From Escherichia coli (GTDB lineage Bacteria; Pseudomonadota; Gammaproteobacteria; Enterobacterales; Enterobacteriaceae), in the NCBI RefSeq assembly GCF_046105845.1, contig NZ_CP151004.1: a stretch of 64,000 nucleotides of DNA. The stretch is one strand, 5' to 3'. A model generated the notes under the pieces. It was not told where the DNA came from, did not search any database, and was given only the letters and a program-made list of their open reading frames with translations. Shown piece after piece: positions 43,581-56,005 of this stretch (positions within the stretch are counted from its first letter, which is position 1; each line of letters starts with the position of its first letter). The position numbers were made by a program, and so were the translations under genes.

Positions 43581-43592
43581 TTTACATACTTT

Positions 43593-43615
43593 TGGTGCCG
43601 AAGGCCGGACCCGAA
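43593..43615. repeat. Direct repeat of the leuX 3' end (att site of the leuX islet)
   Basis: tggtgccgaaggccggac identical to 54703..54720, then ccgaa vs tcgaa. Confidence 0.7.
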
Positions 43616-43776
43616 TTTCACACCTAATAGACTGATATCAATATTGTTTATAAACAGGAATGAATAGTTATACCCGAACTTGTACCCACACGTTAAAATC
43701 CGTACAAAAAAATAGACATTGCAAGTGGGTATAAAGCCATACCAGTAGAACACCGATTTGGCTGTCAAAGCAAGAC

Positions 43777-45352
<1,576 letters not shown>

Positions 45353-45927
45353 TTTATTGATCTCAGGCTCACTCTAGCCATGGATAAAGAGCTTCATGAT
45401 CTAAGCTGACCTGCGGCGAACCTATTCTGCTAGCTGTAACTTTAGAGCGGTGCTCTCGGCGGAAACCATCGGCATGTGTACGCAAGAAAATAGCTGATTT
45501 GCTGTATACTTTGGCTATCACTACGCCAACATTCTCTGCGTATTCAAAAATCTGCCTGACAAAGTTCAGTTTTGTACTGTTTACATGACTCGATGGTTGT
45601 TGATGCTGGTTTTGTCATGTGAACGATAGATAGATGTAAGGCTACTTCTAGTCACATGTTCACTTGTGACTATGTAAGCTTACATATCCCAGTCAGAGAC
45701 AGCTAATTGAAAAAGAGATATCATCATCAGCAATAGAAGTACAGAGATTGAGAGGCTTTATGAGATCCATTGATGTCACGAGCAATATACTAAATCTGTA
45801 AATTAACACCTTTGTGTTGCATGCTAATGAATTGCCCTTTAATGCAAACAAGTCAGTAGACGCCACAAAGAAAAAGCATGTAAATCTCCATTAAAACATA
45901 TAGATAGAAAGTTAAAAACGAGATAAC

Positions 45928-47718
45928 GTGGAATCGATTACCAAACTTTACCAGACCCCGCTGCCATCTACCCGTACTGGCCCTTTGTATAATGCGTTCT
46001 CATATCCAACAAAGATTTCACCAGAAGCTATAGCGGTTTACATTGCTACGCACACCGAGCCCGGTGCAACAGTGTTAGACGCATTTGCTGGTAGTGGTAC
46101 CACAGGCTTAGCCACTCTGCTCTGTGACCGCCCTACACTCGAAATGAAGCGAATGGCGGAAAGCCTCGGCGCATCGCCAAAGTGGGGACCACGTAATGCA
46201 CAACTTTTTGACATTGGAACATTAGGGTCATTCGTATCTCAGACCATGTGCAATCCTCCTGATCCTGACGAATTTGCAGATGCAGTGAAGGAGCTATGTA
46301 AACAAGCTGAGTTACAATTGGGTTGGTTATACAGTATTAAAGATGCCAATGGCCAAGTAGGCATGCTCCGCCATGCTATTTGGTCTGATGTACTAATCTG
46401 CCCTAACTGTAATACTGAGACCTCACTTTGGGATGCCAGTGTGAAAACTAATCCCATCAAAATGGCTGATTCTTTCATTTGTAAGGGTTGCCAGAAGCTC
46501 GTATCTATTGAAGCTTGTGAAAGAGCCACAGAGACAATCTCTGATGTTTTCGGAAGTACACAGTGCACCAAAAAACGAGTGTTAGCTCGCGTGCATGGAC
46601 GTTGCGGAACAACAAAGTGGCAGAGGCCTCCAACTGATGAAGACTATGAGATTTTGGCTCGCATTGCCGAAATGCAGCCTCCAACATCAGCCCCAAACGT
46701 TGAAATTGAATGGGGAGAACTAAGACGCTCAGGCTATCATTTTGGGATAGATAAGCTCCATCATTTCTATACAAAGCGTAATTTCATTGCGATGGCTTTA
46801 CTAATGGAGCTAGTCAATAACTTTAATGAAAGCGTTCGAGAGGCCTTGCGGCTTCTTGTCCTTAGCTACAATGCGAGCCATTCGACACTCATGACTCGTG
46901 TAGTGCTAAAAAAAGGACAAAATGACTTTGTACTTACGGGCGCTCAAAGTGGCGTGCTCTACATCAGCGGATTTCCAGTTGAAAAAAATCTTATAGAGGG
47001 TATTCGTCGCAAATCTAATTCGTTCATAAACTCGTTCCGGCTTTTATACGGTAGTCAAAGTCAGGTAACTGTTCATAATGTTAGCAGTGAAACTATGCCA
47101 CTCAAGGACAATTCCGTGGATTACGCTTTCACTGACCCTCCTTTCGGCGATTATATCCCATACGCTGAGCTCAATCAGCTCAATGAGCTTTGGCTAGGGC
47201 GTTCCACTGATCGTAAACGTGAAGTCATTGTGAGCCCTTCTCAAGCTAAGGGAGTGAAAGAATACGGCAGTATGATGGGTACAGTATTCAAAGAAATGTC
47301 TAGGGTACTGAAGCATGACGCATTAGCTACCGTAGTATTTCACTCCGCACATTCGGAGATATGGAGAGCTCTAGTTCAAGCTTATACCGAAGCAGGATTC
47401 GCAGTGGAAGCAACAAGCGTACTTGATAAAATTCAGGCAAGTTTTAAACAAGTAGTTTCGAATGTTTCTGTTAAGGGTGACCCTCTATTATTGTTATCTA
47501 AGCGCAGCCAAGAACGTTCAGAGTCTAAGACTTGTGATTTAATCGCCGCTGAGATAATCAATAATGCTAAAAATGATTTGAAACCCGATCCACAGCGTCT
47601 CTATTCACAATTTGTGGGAAGATGTCTCGAGCTGGGCAGCAACGTTACTATGGATGCAAAAACCTTTTATGCACTTGCTCAAACCAACGGTTTATGTGTT
47701 AAAGGAACCAATACGTGA
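45928..47718 (+). CDS. DNA methyltransferase (amino-MTase fold; N-terminal motif I, Cys4 insert, distal DPPF motif) - M1 of a three-gene cluster
   Basis: Motif I VLDAFAGSGTTG (46072..46107) and FTDPPFGDY (around 47128..47150); CPNCN...CKGCQ zinc-ribbon-like insert between them. Confidence 0.65.
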   Translation: MESITKLYQTPLPSTRTGPLYNAFSYPTKISPEAIAVYIATHTEPGATVLDAFAGSGTTGLATLLCDRPTLEMKRMAESLGASPKWGPRNAQLFDIGTLGSFVSQTMCNPPDPDEFADAVKELCKQAELQLGWLYSIKDANGQVGMLRHAIWSDVLICPNCNTETSLWDASVKTNPIKMADSFICKGCQKLVSIEACERATETISDVFGSTQCTKKRVLARVHGRCGTTKWQRPPTDEDYEILARIAEMQPPTSAPNVEIEWGELRRSGYHFGIDKLHHFYTKRNFIAMALLMELVNNFNESVREALRLLVLSYNASHSTLMTRVVLKKGQNDFVLTGAQSGVLYISGFPVEKNLIEGIRRKSNSFINSFRLLYGSQSQVTVHNVSSETMPLKDNSVDYAFTDPPFGDYIPYAELNQLNELWLGRSTDRKREVIVSPSQAKGVKEYGSMMGTVFKEMSRVLKHDALATVVFHSAHSEIWRALVQAYTEAGFAVEATSVLDKIQASFKQVVSNVSVKGDPLLLLSKRSQERSESKTCDLIAAEIINNAKNDLKPDPQRLYSQFVGRCLELGSNVTMDAKTFYALAQTNGLCVKGTNT

Positions 47719-49763
47719 TGAGTAAGCATGATGATAATCATATCGAGATTAGCTGCCCTATAGACTTTGAACGGCGAAAACGGCTGGGGCAGTACTTCAC
47801 GGGTACCGGCCTTGGTCGTTTGCTTGCAGCCCTTGCTCAAGCCGAAAAGGCTGACAGCATCATAGATCCTATGGTGGGATCTGGAGACCTACTTGCCTCT
47901 TGTATAGAGATTGATGCTAAACCTGCTGTAATGGCAGGTATCGAGATAGATATGAAAGTACATAAGGCTTGTTCAAAGCGATTGCCACATGCACATTGTT
48001 TACTTGGTAATGCTTTCGATCCCAGGGTTATTGCACAGTTGCCCGTAAAATCATGGGATTTAGTAATCGCAAATCCCCCTTATGTTCGCTATCAATCCCT
48101 TCGGGATAAAGATCACAATTCAAGCGCATTTCCTTCCGCAATGCAAATTCGAAAAATGTTGCTTCGATCGTTAGAGTTGATAGATACACTCGATAAAGAA
48201 GATAAGCGACTTTTTGCCGAACTCATCCACGGTTATTCTGGTCTATCCGATTTGGCAGTGCCTGCATGGATTCTCTGCGCTGCTTTGGTTGAGAAAGGAG
48301 GACGTTTAGCTCTAATTGTACCTGAGTCGTGGCTTAGCCGAGACTATGCAACAATAGTGAATTACCTTCTGTTTAGATGGTTCGACATAGAATTTGTTGT
48401 AGAGGACGAACATGCGTCATGGTTTGAAGAAGCTCAGATCAAGACAACATTGATCATCGCCAAGAGAATTCAACGTCGCTCTTCCAAACTCTCAATTCCT
48501 GCTGAATATCACTATTGTCACATAGCACTTGCAGCCGCAGCAGCTAACAACAGAAGTCCTATAGGTGGTATTAACTTACCGGTAAAAGAGGCTGAAAAGC
48601 TCTTCGCAAAACAGGCTCAAATCTGGCTCCGAGATGCGTCTAAACATGAAACGGGCCTTGTTAGCACTCGTCCAATTTCTCTAAATCACTCTTGCAAAAA
48701 TATGATCGCGTCAGCTTCCCGCCAAAAGTGGTTTGCCACTATGAGTAAAGCTGATGATGTTTTCAGCAACGAAGACTATATACCTCATGAGATCCACGAA
48801 TGGATTAAAAGGAATACACTTACCCCTTCGTTCGATAGTTTTGAATCTATAGGCATCGCTGTTGGCCAAGGACTTAGGACAGGTGCTAATAATTTTTTTT
48901 ACGCTAGCGGAGAATTAAAAGACGGACACGTCGAGCTATCTTTTTTAGGCCCGTTATCAGGATTGAAAGCTAGAAGCTCAATCAACATCGTTAAGCCCAC
49001 ATTACGCCGCCAATCAGAGCTGCCTAATGGTTTTGTAATTTCTCCTTCTGATGCCAAAAGTTGGACGTTAGACTTAAGAAACTATGTACTGCCCGAAGAT
49101 ATTGGCGATAATGATATATCTTGCACATCATATGAGCTTATGCCAAATGAACTTGTTAAGGTCGTTAGAGCTGCACAAGAAGCAAACTTTGGCACAAGCG
49201 AGAGGCCGCTAAAAATTTGGGAGCTGACGGCGGTCGCACCTAATATCCGACCTGCAACACCTCAGACTCCCGCTCGTCATTGGTATATGTTGCCAAATTT
49301 TACACCTCGCCATCAACCAGATGTATTCTTAGCACGTGTAAATACGCTAACCCCTAAGGCTTATCTAAATCAAGATAGAGCATGCCTTATCGATGCTAAT
49401 TTTTCGACAATGTGGTTATTAGATGATTCAAAATGGTCAGCAACTACAATCCTCGCTTTTATGAATTCTACATGGGTTCAAGCTGTAATCGAGTGTCTGG
49501 GGTCGGTTATGGGCGGCGGGGCGTTGAAAGTTGAGGCCACTCACCTACGCAAAATTCCTGTTCCAAAGTTTAATGATGAGCAAAGAAAAATTCTTTCCGA
49601 TCTTGGAAAAAAACTTGTAAAAGGCACACAGGAAAAACTAGTTATTTTAGAGATAGATAGGATAATAGCTGAAGCTTTGGGCTGTAATGACATGAATATT
49701 GATGAACTTAAACAGATTACGCATTTAGGTCAAACTCGGCGGGCTAAACACAAAGGAAGGTAG
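47715..49763 (+). CDS. gamma-class N6-adenine DNA methyltransferase (TaqI/Eco57I-like) - M2
   Basis: Motif I IIDPMVGSGDLL (around 47863..47892) then NPPYV (around 48071..48085); ATGA overlap with the upstream gene. Confidence 0.7.
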   Translation: MMSKHDDNHIEISCPIDFERRKRLGQYFTGTGLGRLLAALAQAEKADSIIDPMVGSGDLLASCIEIDAKPAVMAGIEIDMKVHKACSKRLPHAHCLLGNAFDPRVIAQLPVKSWDLVIANPPYVRYQSLRDKDHNSSAFPSAMQIRKMLLRSLELIDTLDKEDKRLFAELIHGYSGLSDLAVPAWILCAALVEKGGRLALIVPESWLSRDYATIVNYLLFRWFDIEFVVEDEHASWFEEAQIKTTLIIAKRIQRRSSKLSIPAEYHYCHIALAAAAANNRSPIGGINLPVKEAEKLFAKQAQIWLRDASKHETGLVSTRPISLNHSCKNMIASASRQKWFATMSKADDVFSNEDYIPHEIHEWIKRNTLTPSFDSFESIGIAVGQGLRTGANNFFYASGELKDGHVELSFLGPLSGLKARSSINIVKPTLRRQSELPNGFVISPSDAKSWTLDLRNYVLPEDIGDNDISCTSYELMPNELVKVVRAAQEANFGTSERPLKIWELTAVAPNIRPATPQTPARHWYMLPNFTPRHQPDVFLARVNTLTPKAYLNQDRACLIDANFSTMWLLDDSKWSATTILAFMNSTWVQAVIECLGSVMGGGALKVEATHLRKIPVPKFNDEQRKILSDLGKKLVKGTQEKLVILEIDRIIAEALGCNDMNIDELKQITHLGQTRRAKHKGR

Positions 49764-49772
49764 CAGAATTTT

Positions 49773-52700
49773 ATGGGAACAATTTACAATGAAACTCAAG
49801 GCTTAGCATTTCTGAAAGAAGCTGTAGCACTTATGGCTGATGGAAAAGCTGAGGATGTTCTGCGACATGCGCTATCTGCCAAACTGCCGCTCATGTTCCC
49901 TAAACAGCCATGGTGGATAAAAGCACATGTTACAGGTACAGAGTCGCTTGCTAAATTTCATGAATTTGGTTCGAAAAAGTATGGATTCGTGGATGTATTA
50001 GTAGGTTCAACTGTTATTGAATATGAAAGAAATTTACAAACACAGGGTTCATTCACACATGGGCTCCATCAGTTAAAACAATATTGTGCTTCTCTTCTTA
50101 ACAGCCACACGCCTTCAGATCTTTTAGTTGGGGTACTATCAGACACGATTCGCTGGTATGCCTTTCGTGTTTCAGACGTAAAAGATATTTCGGCTGTTCC
50201 CGGTGCGACAAGCTACGGCCCTGAACATATTGATTTAGCTGAAATTGAATCCTATGACCTGTCGGCAGCTGGGAGCATTGAGGCCAAAAAGCTTGGTAAA
50301 TTCTTGGTTCGATATCTGGGCCGAGAAGGTGGACGAACTTTAGCAGCATCCATGCTAGCAAAGGATTTAGGCTTTGAAAGCTCATTTTGCGAAACACATC
50401 TCCAGCAAATAGAAAAACTAGTTGATGTAGCTTTTGTAAGCGATCCATCCTACGCTGGGTTAATCACCAAACTCTGGATGGATTTTGTTTCTTACTTGGG
50501 TGGTGAATCTGCTACAGGTAAATTTGATAAAACTTCATATATTGGAGAATTGTACATATTAACGTTAGCCAAGCTTATTTGCGCTAACGTACTTAGCGGT
50601 AAAGGACTTGTTAGCGACGATACGGAACTATTATCAATTCTAGATGGTACATTTTTCAAAGCGAAAGGACTTCCGAATCTTGTAGAATACGACTACTTCG
50701 GTTGGCTTAATAATAGCCCTTATGTTTCCCCCCTTGCCAAAGTAGCACGCGACATTCAGAACGATCTATTAGCTTATGACTTTGAGTCTGCTCCAGCTGA
50801 AGACCTATTTGGTTCTCTAATGGCTCAGCTTGCAACACGCGCTCAACGTCTTCTCCTCGGTCAAGAATGGACACCAGCATGGCTAGCTGCGAAAGTAGTA
50901 AATGAAGCCATCAACAAACTGCCATTAAACCAGCAACCAAGATTCATCGATATGTGTTGCGGTTCAGGCACTATAGTTGTGGAGACAGTAAAAGCGGTCC
51001 AACAACGGTTACTTGCAGCAGGCTCTAAGCCAGGAGAACCTGCTGCGTTAAGCTCATTAGCCACTGCAATTACGGCTTTCGATATAGATCCGCTCGCCGT
51101 AATGTTAGCAAAAGTGGGCTGGGTACTGGCTTGCAAGGACTGGCTTATACCTGGCCATGAAGCCTTAATTCCTGTGTATCACGCAGACTCACTATTTGCC
51201 AATACTCCGGTCACCAAGGTGTTTAGTACAACAGGCGAAGAGCAACGCAAGCTAAAGCTTGACACAGAAGAGGTTGACCTACCACAATTTTTGGTCGAAT
51301 CGAAACATCAATCTCTATTTGATGCACTTTTATCACGTGGTTATGATATGGCCATGAGTAGTGCTGCAGAAGCCAAATCAACGTTAAATAATGATGATAT
51401 TGAGATAATGGTTGATTCGGTAGCTTTGCATTTAGACTGTGTGCTGTCAGCTGAAGAACGCACATCTACATTATTCTTTTGCTGCCAACTGTTACGCGCA
51501 CTTGAAGCATTGCAACGTGCTGGTCGAAACGGCATTTGGTCATTCGTTCTGAAAAATAGCTTTCGCCCAGCCTTAGTGGCGGGCCGTTTTAATGGAATTG
51601 TTACTAACCCACCATGGCTATCGCTAAGCCGCATTGGTAGCAACCCTTATCGTAATGCGTTAAAAGCAAAAGCGGATAAATATGGAATTAAGCCATCTGG
51701 CGCTTCACACCTGCATGTTGAAATCGCGACGACCTTCTTGCTACATGCTATCGATCATTATCTTACATCAGATGGGGTTGTTGCATGTATCTTACCCGAA
51801 ACAGTTCTGAACGGTTCTCATCATGAACCATTCCGGTCATCCAAGTATCTATCAGCTAATAGTCCAGCAGCATTCAATCCACAAGAAATTTGGAAAGTGG
51901 CCAGCCAAACATTTAAAAATGAGGCCATTGTTCTATTCGGTTATAAATCTAAGCCAACATTTCCAGTAGTAAGCCTCTTGGGCCGAAAAGTTAGCAGTTC
52001 ATTTGAAGAATTCTGCGAGTTTCACATCGTTAATTCTGGAGGGAAGTCTGCTTGGGCATTAGACCGCCCTGTAACAGAAGTGTTGAAAGTGGAAACTAAA
52101 GATTCAATTGGACCTCTGTTTAGACAAGGAGCCGATATAATGCCCCGCGGAATTATTTTTCATGATATCAAAAAAAACGGAATATCATGGGATCTTGGTC
52201 CCATTCATCCCGGCTCATCACTATATTTTTTGCGTTCTGAGGGTAAAATTCTTAAGGACTTTTCTTTAAGCGCCTGTGGGGTGAACGATGGAGTGATATA
52301 TGATGTGCTTCTTTCAAAACATTTAGCCCCTTGGGAATTATCTGTAGGTTCAAAGGCCTTATTACCATTCCAGCGTAGTGACGATAAGTGGCTCGCTCGT
52401 ACTGGATCAAATATTGCAGCCCTAGGAGCTTCTACTGCCTCAGCAATCAAAGCTATGTTGACGGCAACCGGTGAAAACATAGAAGATTTCTTTTTACGAA
52501 TCGATACTGATCGCAAGAAATTAACCACCCAGAGTTGGAGCTCAGAAGACTGGGTTGTATTCGGGTCTGCTGGAGGTAAATGGCCATGCGCCGCTTACAC
52601 ACGCGGAGAGCAGATTCCCTGCTCTAAAACGATAATAGACCAAACGCTCTATTGGGGCGTAGTCAAAAGTGAGGATGAAGCGATATACATTACTGCACTA

Positions 52701-53018
52701 ATTAATAGTCCTGCGGTAATGAATGTGATTGTATCCCATCAACCTAGAGGATCCTTTGGGGAACGACACATACACAAGTTGGCTTTCGACCGGACACCTT
52801 CTTATGACCAAACCTCAGCTAAACATCTCGACGTTGTTCGCTCGGCGAAGGATTTGATGAATCAGTGGGCTAATCGTCGCATGGAAGCTGACATATCTCC
52901 CATGCTATCTCCTAGTGTTCACTTAATTACTCGCAGAAAAAAGATTCGTAATGCATTAGAGTCATTGCCTGCATGGGAGCCGTACGTGGCAGCCACTCAA
53001 GCTATATATGAAATTTAA
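49773..53018 (+). CDS. Large N6-adenine methyltransferase fusion protein (Type IIG/IIL or PglX-like architecture: N-terminal nuclease-like domain, central MTase, C-terminal target-recognition region)
   Basis: 1081 aa; motif I FIDMCCGSGT (around 50949..50972), motif IV IVTNPPWLS (around 51604..51615); N-terminal GFVDVLVGSTVIEYER resembles a PD-(D/E)xK core with the Lys position non-canonical. Confidence 0.65.
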   Translation: MGTIYNETQGLAFLKEAVALMADGKAEDVLRHALSAKLPLMFPKQPWWIKAHVTGTESLAKFHEFGSKKYGFVDVLVGSTVIEYERNLQTQGSFTHGLHQLKQYCASLLNSHTPSDLLVGVLSDTIRWYAFRVSDVKDISAVPGATSYGPEHIDLAEIESYDLSAAGSIEAKKLGKFLVRYLGREGGRTLAASMLAKDLGFESSFCETHLQQIEKLVDVAFVSDPSYAGLITKLWMDFVSYLGGESATGKFDKTSYIGELYILTLAKLICANVLSGKGLVSDDTELLSILDGTFFKAKGLPNLVEYDYFGWLNNSPYVSPLAKVARDIQNDLLAYDFESAPAEDLFGSLMAQLATRAQRLLLGQEWTPAWLAAKVVNEAINKLPLNQQPRFIDMCCGSGTIVVETVKAVQQRLLAAGSKPGEPAALSSLATAITAFDIDPLAVMLAKVGWVLACKDWLIPGHEALIPVYHADSLFANTPVTKVFSTTGEEQRKLKLDTEEVDLPQFLVESKHQSLFDALLSRGYDMAMSSAAEAKSTLNNDDIEIMVDSVALHLDCVLSAEERTSTLFFCCQLLRALEALQRAGRNGIWSFVLKNSFRPALVAGRFNGIVTNPPWLSLSRIGSNPYRNALKAKADKYGIKPSGASHLHVEIATTFLLHAIDHYLTSDGVVACILPETVLNGSHHEPFRSSKYLSANSPAAFNPQEIWKVASQTFKNEAIVLFGYKSKPTFPVVSLLGRKVSSSFEEFCEFHIVNSGGKSAWALDRPVTEVLKVETKDSIGPLFRQGADIMPRGIIFHDIKKNGISWDLGPIHPGSSLYFLRSEGKILKDFSLSACGVNDGVIYDVLLSKHLAPWELSVGSKALLPFQRSDDKWLARTGSNIAALGASTASAIKAMLTATGENIEDFFLRIDTDRKKLTTQSWSSEDWVVFGSAGGKWPCAAYTRGEQIPCSKTIIDQTLYWGVVKSEDEAIYITALINSPAVMNVIVSHQPRGSFGERHIHKLAFDRTPSYDQTSAKHLDVVRSAKDLMNQWANRRMEADISPMLSPSVHLITRRKKIRNALESLPAWEPYVAATQAIYEI

Positions 53019-53266
53019 TATAATATTTAGCTTGAAATTTTTTTAAATATTAAATGATGGGAAATTTGTATAATTACCCCATCATTTTCTCTATAAGTTA
53101 ACTTAATGAAATTCTATTATCTAATAATGTAATGGCATCTCTAATGCTTGTCAGCTTATCCTAATTGAGTAGAGGTTTATGGTATAGACTTGTAGTAACA
53201 GGATAAGATTAATACACGATTGTTATAATTAGTTTGAACAAATCATTATAAGAATCATCAATTTAC

Positions 53267-54512
53267 CTACCCAAACTCAAACGGACTTACTCCTTTCTCC
53301 CGATTCGCATCAAGGTAATCAGCCCACCACTGCAGCATCAACCTCCTCTCCCCCAGATGCTCCGCCTTATGGATGTAGGCAGCCCTAGCAGAGCTACGCT
53401 CCTGATGGCTCATCTGCCGCGACACCGCATTCCTCGACCACAATCCCGATTCAATCAATGAGCTACACGCCATCGTTCTGAAACCATGTCCACATACTTC
53501 CGTTTTCGTGTCATAGCCCATCACTCGCAGAGCCTTGTTAACCGTATTCTCACTCATCGGCTTACGCGGATCGTGATTACCAACGGAGATCAGCTCTCGG
53601 TTTCCATTCATGCTTTTGATCTTTTCCAAAATAGCTAAGGCCTGACGCGACAAGGGAACAAGATGTGGAGTCCTCATCTTCGAACCACGTTGAGAATGCT
53701 TAACACCTTCCAGCGGTTCACGCTCTCCCGGAATCGTCCACATAGCCGTTTTAAAAATCCACTTCTGACCAGCGAGCAAAACGCAACTCGCTTGAACGGA
53801 TGAAAACCAGCAAAGTGAGTTCAACCGCCAGTCGTGTTAACGGCCTGCCAGAATAGTGATCAATGCGGTGAAGTAATTCAGTAATACGGTTAAGTTCCAG
53901 AGCTGCACGGTGCTGTCGTTTTGCCGTAGCAACCGCACCGGCAATCTCTTGTGCTGGGTTATAATCGATTAAGCCGCTCTGAACGGCAAACCGCATAATC
54001 GCAGTAGTTCGCTGTTGCAAACGAGCCGCAACTTCTAGTCGTCCGGAAGATTCCACCGCTTTGACGGGTACAAGAAGATCCCACGTCTTCAATTCAGCAA
54101 TGTTCCGCTTACCGATAGTAGTAAAGAGATTATCTTCGAAACTTTTCAATACACGAGCGCTATGCGATGCAGACCACTTCTGATTGCTGGCGTGCCAGTC
54201 TCTGGCAACCACTTCAAACGTTATCGCCTCTTGATCCTGCTCTATTTTAACTGCTTTCTTGTTCTCACTGGGAGCGACGCCATTAGCTAACAATTTACGG
54301 GCTTCATCCCGGCGTGTCCGGGCATCTGCCAGCGACTCTTGAGGGTATTTCCCCAGCGCCAGTATCTTCTCGTTGCCACCAAAGCGGTAACGTAGACTCC
54401 AGTATTTTGAATCGTTAGGGTGAACCAGCAACACCATGCCTTCGCCATCAGCCAGCTTATAGACTTTTATTTCAGGCTGGGCAGCACGAACCTTCACATA
54501 ACTAAGAGCCAT
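53267..54512 (-). pseudogene. P4-family tyrosine integrase, interrupted by a frameshift
   Basis: N-terminal part (53751..54512, starts MALSYVKVRAAQPEIKVYKLADGEGM) and catalytic C-terminal part (53267..53824) lie in different frames with a 74-nt overlap; adjacent to tRNA-Leu. Confidence 0.7.
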
Positions 54513-54702
54513 GATGAGTGTCCTTTCAAAGGTTCTGTGTGGTACAAACATTATCGAACCGGGATATACCCACAGTTGTACCCACATCAGTAAGTTGATG
54601 TAGATTGAATTAGGTTGAGTGAAAAAGTGAGGAAGGCATTGCGGATACTGGATTTCAGACACAAAAAAAGCCGCCCTTGAGCGACTCGATTTGCATACGA
54701 TG

Positions 54703-54787
54703 TGGTGCCGAAGGCCGGACTCGAACCGGCACGTATTTCTACGGTTGATTTTGAATCAACTGCGTCTACCGATTTCGCCACTTCGGC
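54703..54787 (-). tRNA. leuX: tRNA-Leu (CAA)
   Basis: Reverse complement reads GCCGAAGTGGCGAAATCGGTAGACGCAGTTGATTCAAAATCAACCGTAGAAATACGTGCCGGTTCGAGTCCGGCCTTCGGCACCA; anticodon-loop TTCAAAA. Confidence 0.9.
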
Positions 54788-54982
54788 ACTGAAGAGGTAT
54801 GCGGAAAACGTTGTGGATTATACCTGTCGCACGCCACCATGCAAGCGCCAGCTTGCTCGCACCTCGCTAAGTGCTGAAATTTTCAGCATTGCATACAGCG
54901 ATGTGTAACCTTTGTCACACTCCAGGCACCCCGCCCTGCCATGCTCTACACTTCCCAGACAACACCAGAGAAGGACCAAAAA

Positions 54983-56002
54983 ATGTCGATGATAAAAAGC
55001 TATGCCGCAAAAGAAGCGGGTGGAGAACTGGAAGTTTATGAGTACGATCCCGGTGAACTGAAGCCACAAGATGTTGAAGTGCAGGTGGATTACTGCGGGA
55101 TCTGTCATTCCGATCTGTCAATGATCGATAACGAATGGGGATTTTCACAATATCCACTGGTTGCCGGGCATGAGGTGATTGGGCGCGTGGTGGCGCTCGG
55201 GAGCGCCGCGCAGGATAAAGGTTTGCAGGTCGGTCAGCGTGTCGGGATTGGCTGGACGGCGCGTAGCTGCGGGCATTGCGATGCCTGTATTAGCGGTAAT
55301 CAGATCAACTGCGAGCAAGGTGCGGTGCCAACAATTATGAATCGCGGCGGTTTTGCCGAGAAGTTGCGTGCAGACTGGCAATGGGTGATCCCACTGCCGG
55401 AAAATATCGACATTGAATCTGCCGGGCCGCTGCTGTGTGGTGGTATCACGGTCTTTAAGCCATTGTTAATGCACCATATCACTGCTACCAGCCGCGTTGG
55501 GGTAATTGGTATTGGCGGGCTGGGGCATATCGCTATAAAACTTCTGCACGCAATGGGATGCGAGGTGACAGCCTTTAGTTCTAATCCGGCGAAAGAGCAG
55601 GAAGTACTGGCGATGGGTGCCGATAAAGTGGTGAATAGCCGCGATCCGCAGGCACTGAAAACTCTGGCGGGGCAGTTTGATCTCATTATCAATACTGTGA
55701 ACGTCAGCCTCGACTGGCAGCCTTATTTTGAGGCGCTGACCTATGGCGGTAATTTCCATACGGTCGGTGCGGTTCTCACGCCGCTGTCTGTTCCGGCCTT
55801 TACGTTAATTGCGGGCGACCGCAGCGTCTCTGGTTCAGCAACCGGCACACCTTATGAGCTGCGTAAGCTGATGCGCTTTGCCGCCCGCAGCAAGGTTGCG
55901 CCGACCACCGAACTGTTCCCGATGTCGAAAATAAACGACGCCATCCAGCATGTGCGCAACGGTAAGGCGCGTTACCGCGTGGTGTTGAAAGCCGATTTTT
56001 GA
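54983..56002 (+). CDS. ahr: NADPH-dependent aldehyde reductase (zinc alcohol dehydrogenase family)
   Basis: Starts [32 protein letters not shown] zinc motif and GIGGLGH Rossmann motif. Confidence 0.85.
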   Translation: MSMIKSYAAKEAGGELEVYEYDPGELKPQDVEVQVDYCGICHSDLSMIDNEWGFSQYPLVAGHEVIGRVVALGSAAQDKGLQVGQRVGIGWTARSCGHCDACISGNQINCEQGAVPTIMNRGGFAEKLRADWQWVIPLPENIDIESAGPLLCGGITVFKPLLMHHITATSRVGVIGIGGLGHIAIKLLHAMGCEVTAFSSNPAKEQEVLAMGADKVVNSRDPQALKTLAGQFDLIINTVNVSLDWQPYFEALTYGGNFHTVGAVLTPLSVPAFTLIAGDRSVSGSATGTPYELRKLMRFAARSKVAPTTELFPMSKINDAIQHVRNGKARYRVVLKADF

Positions 56003-56005
56003 AAA

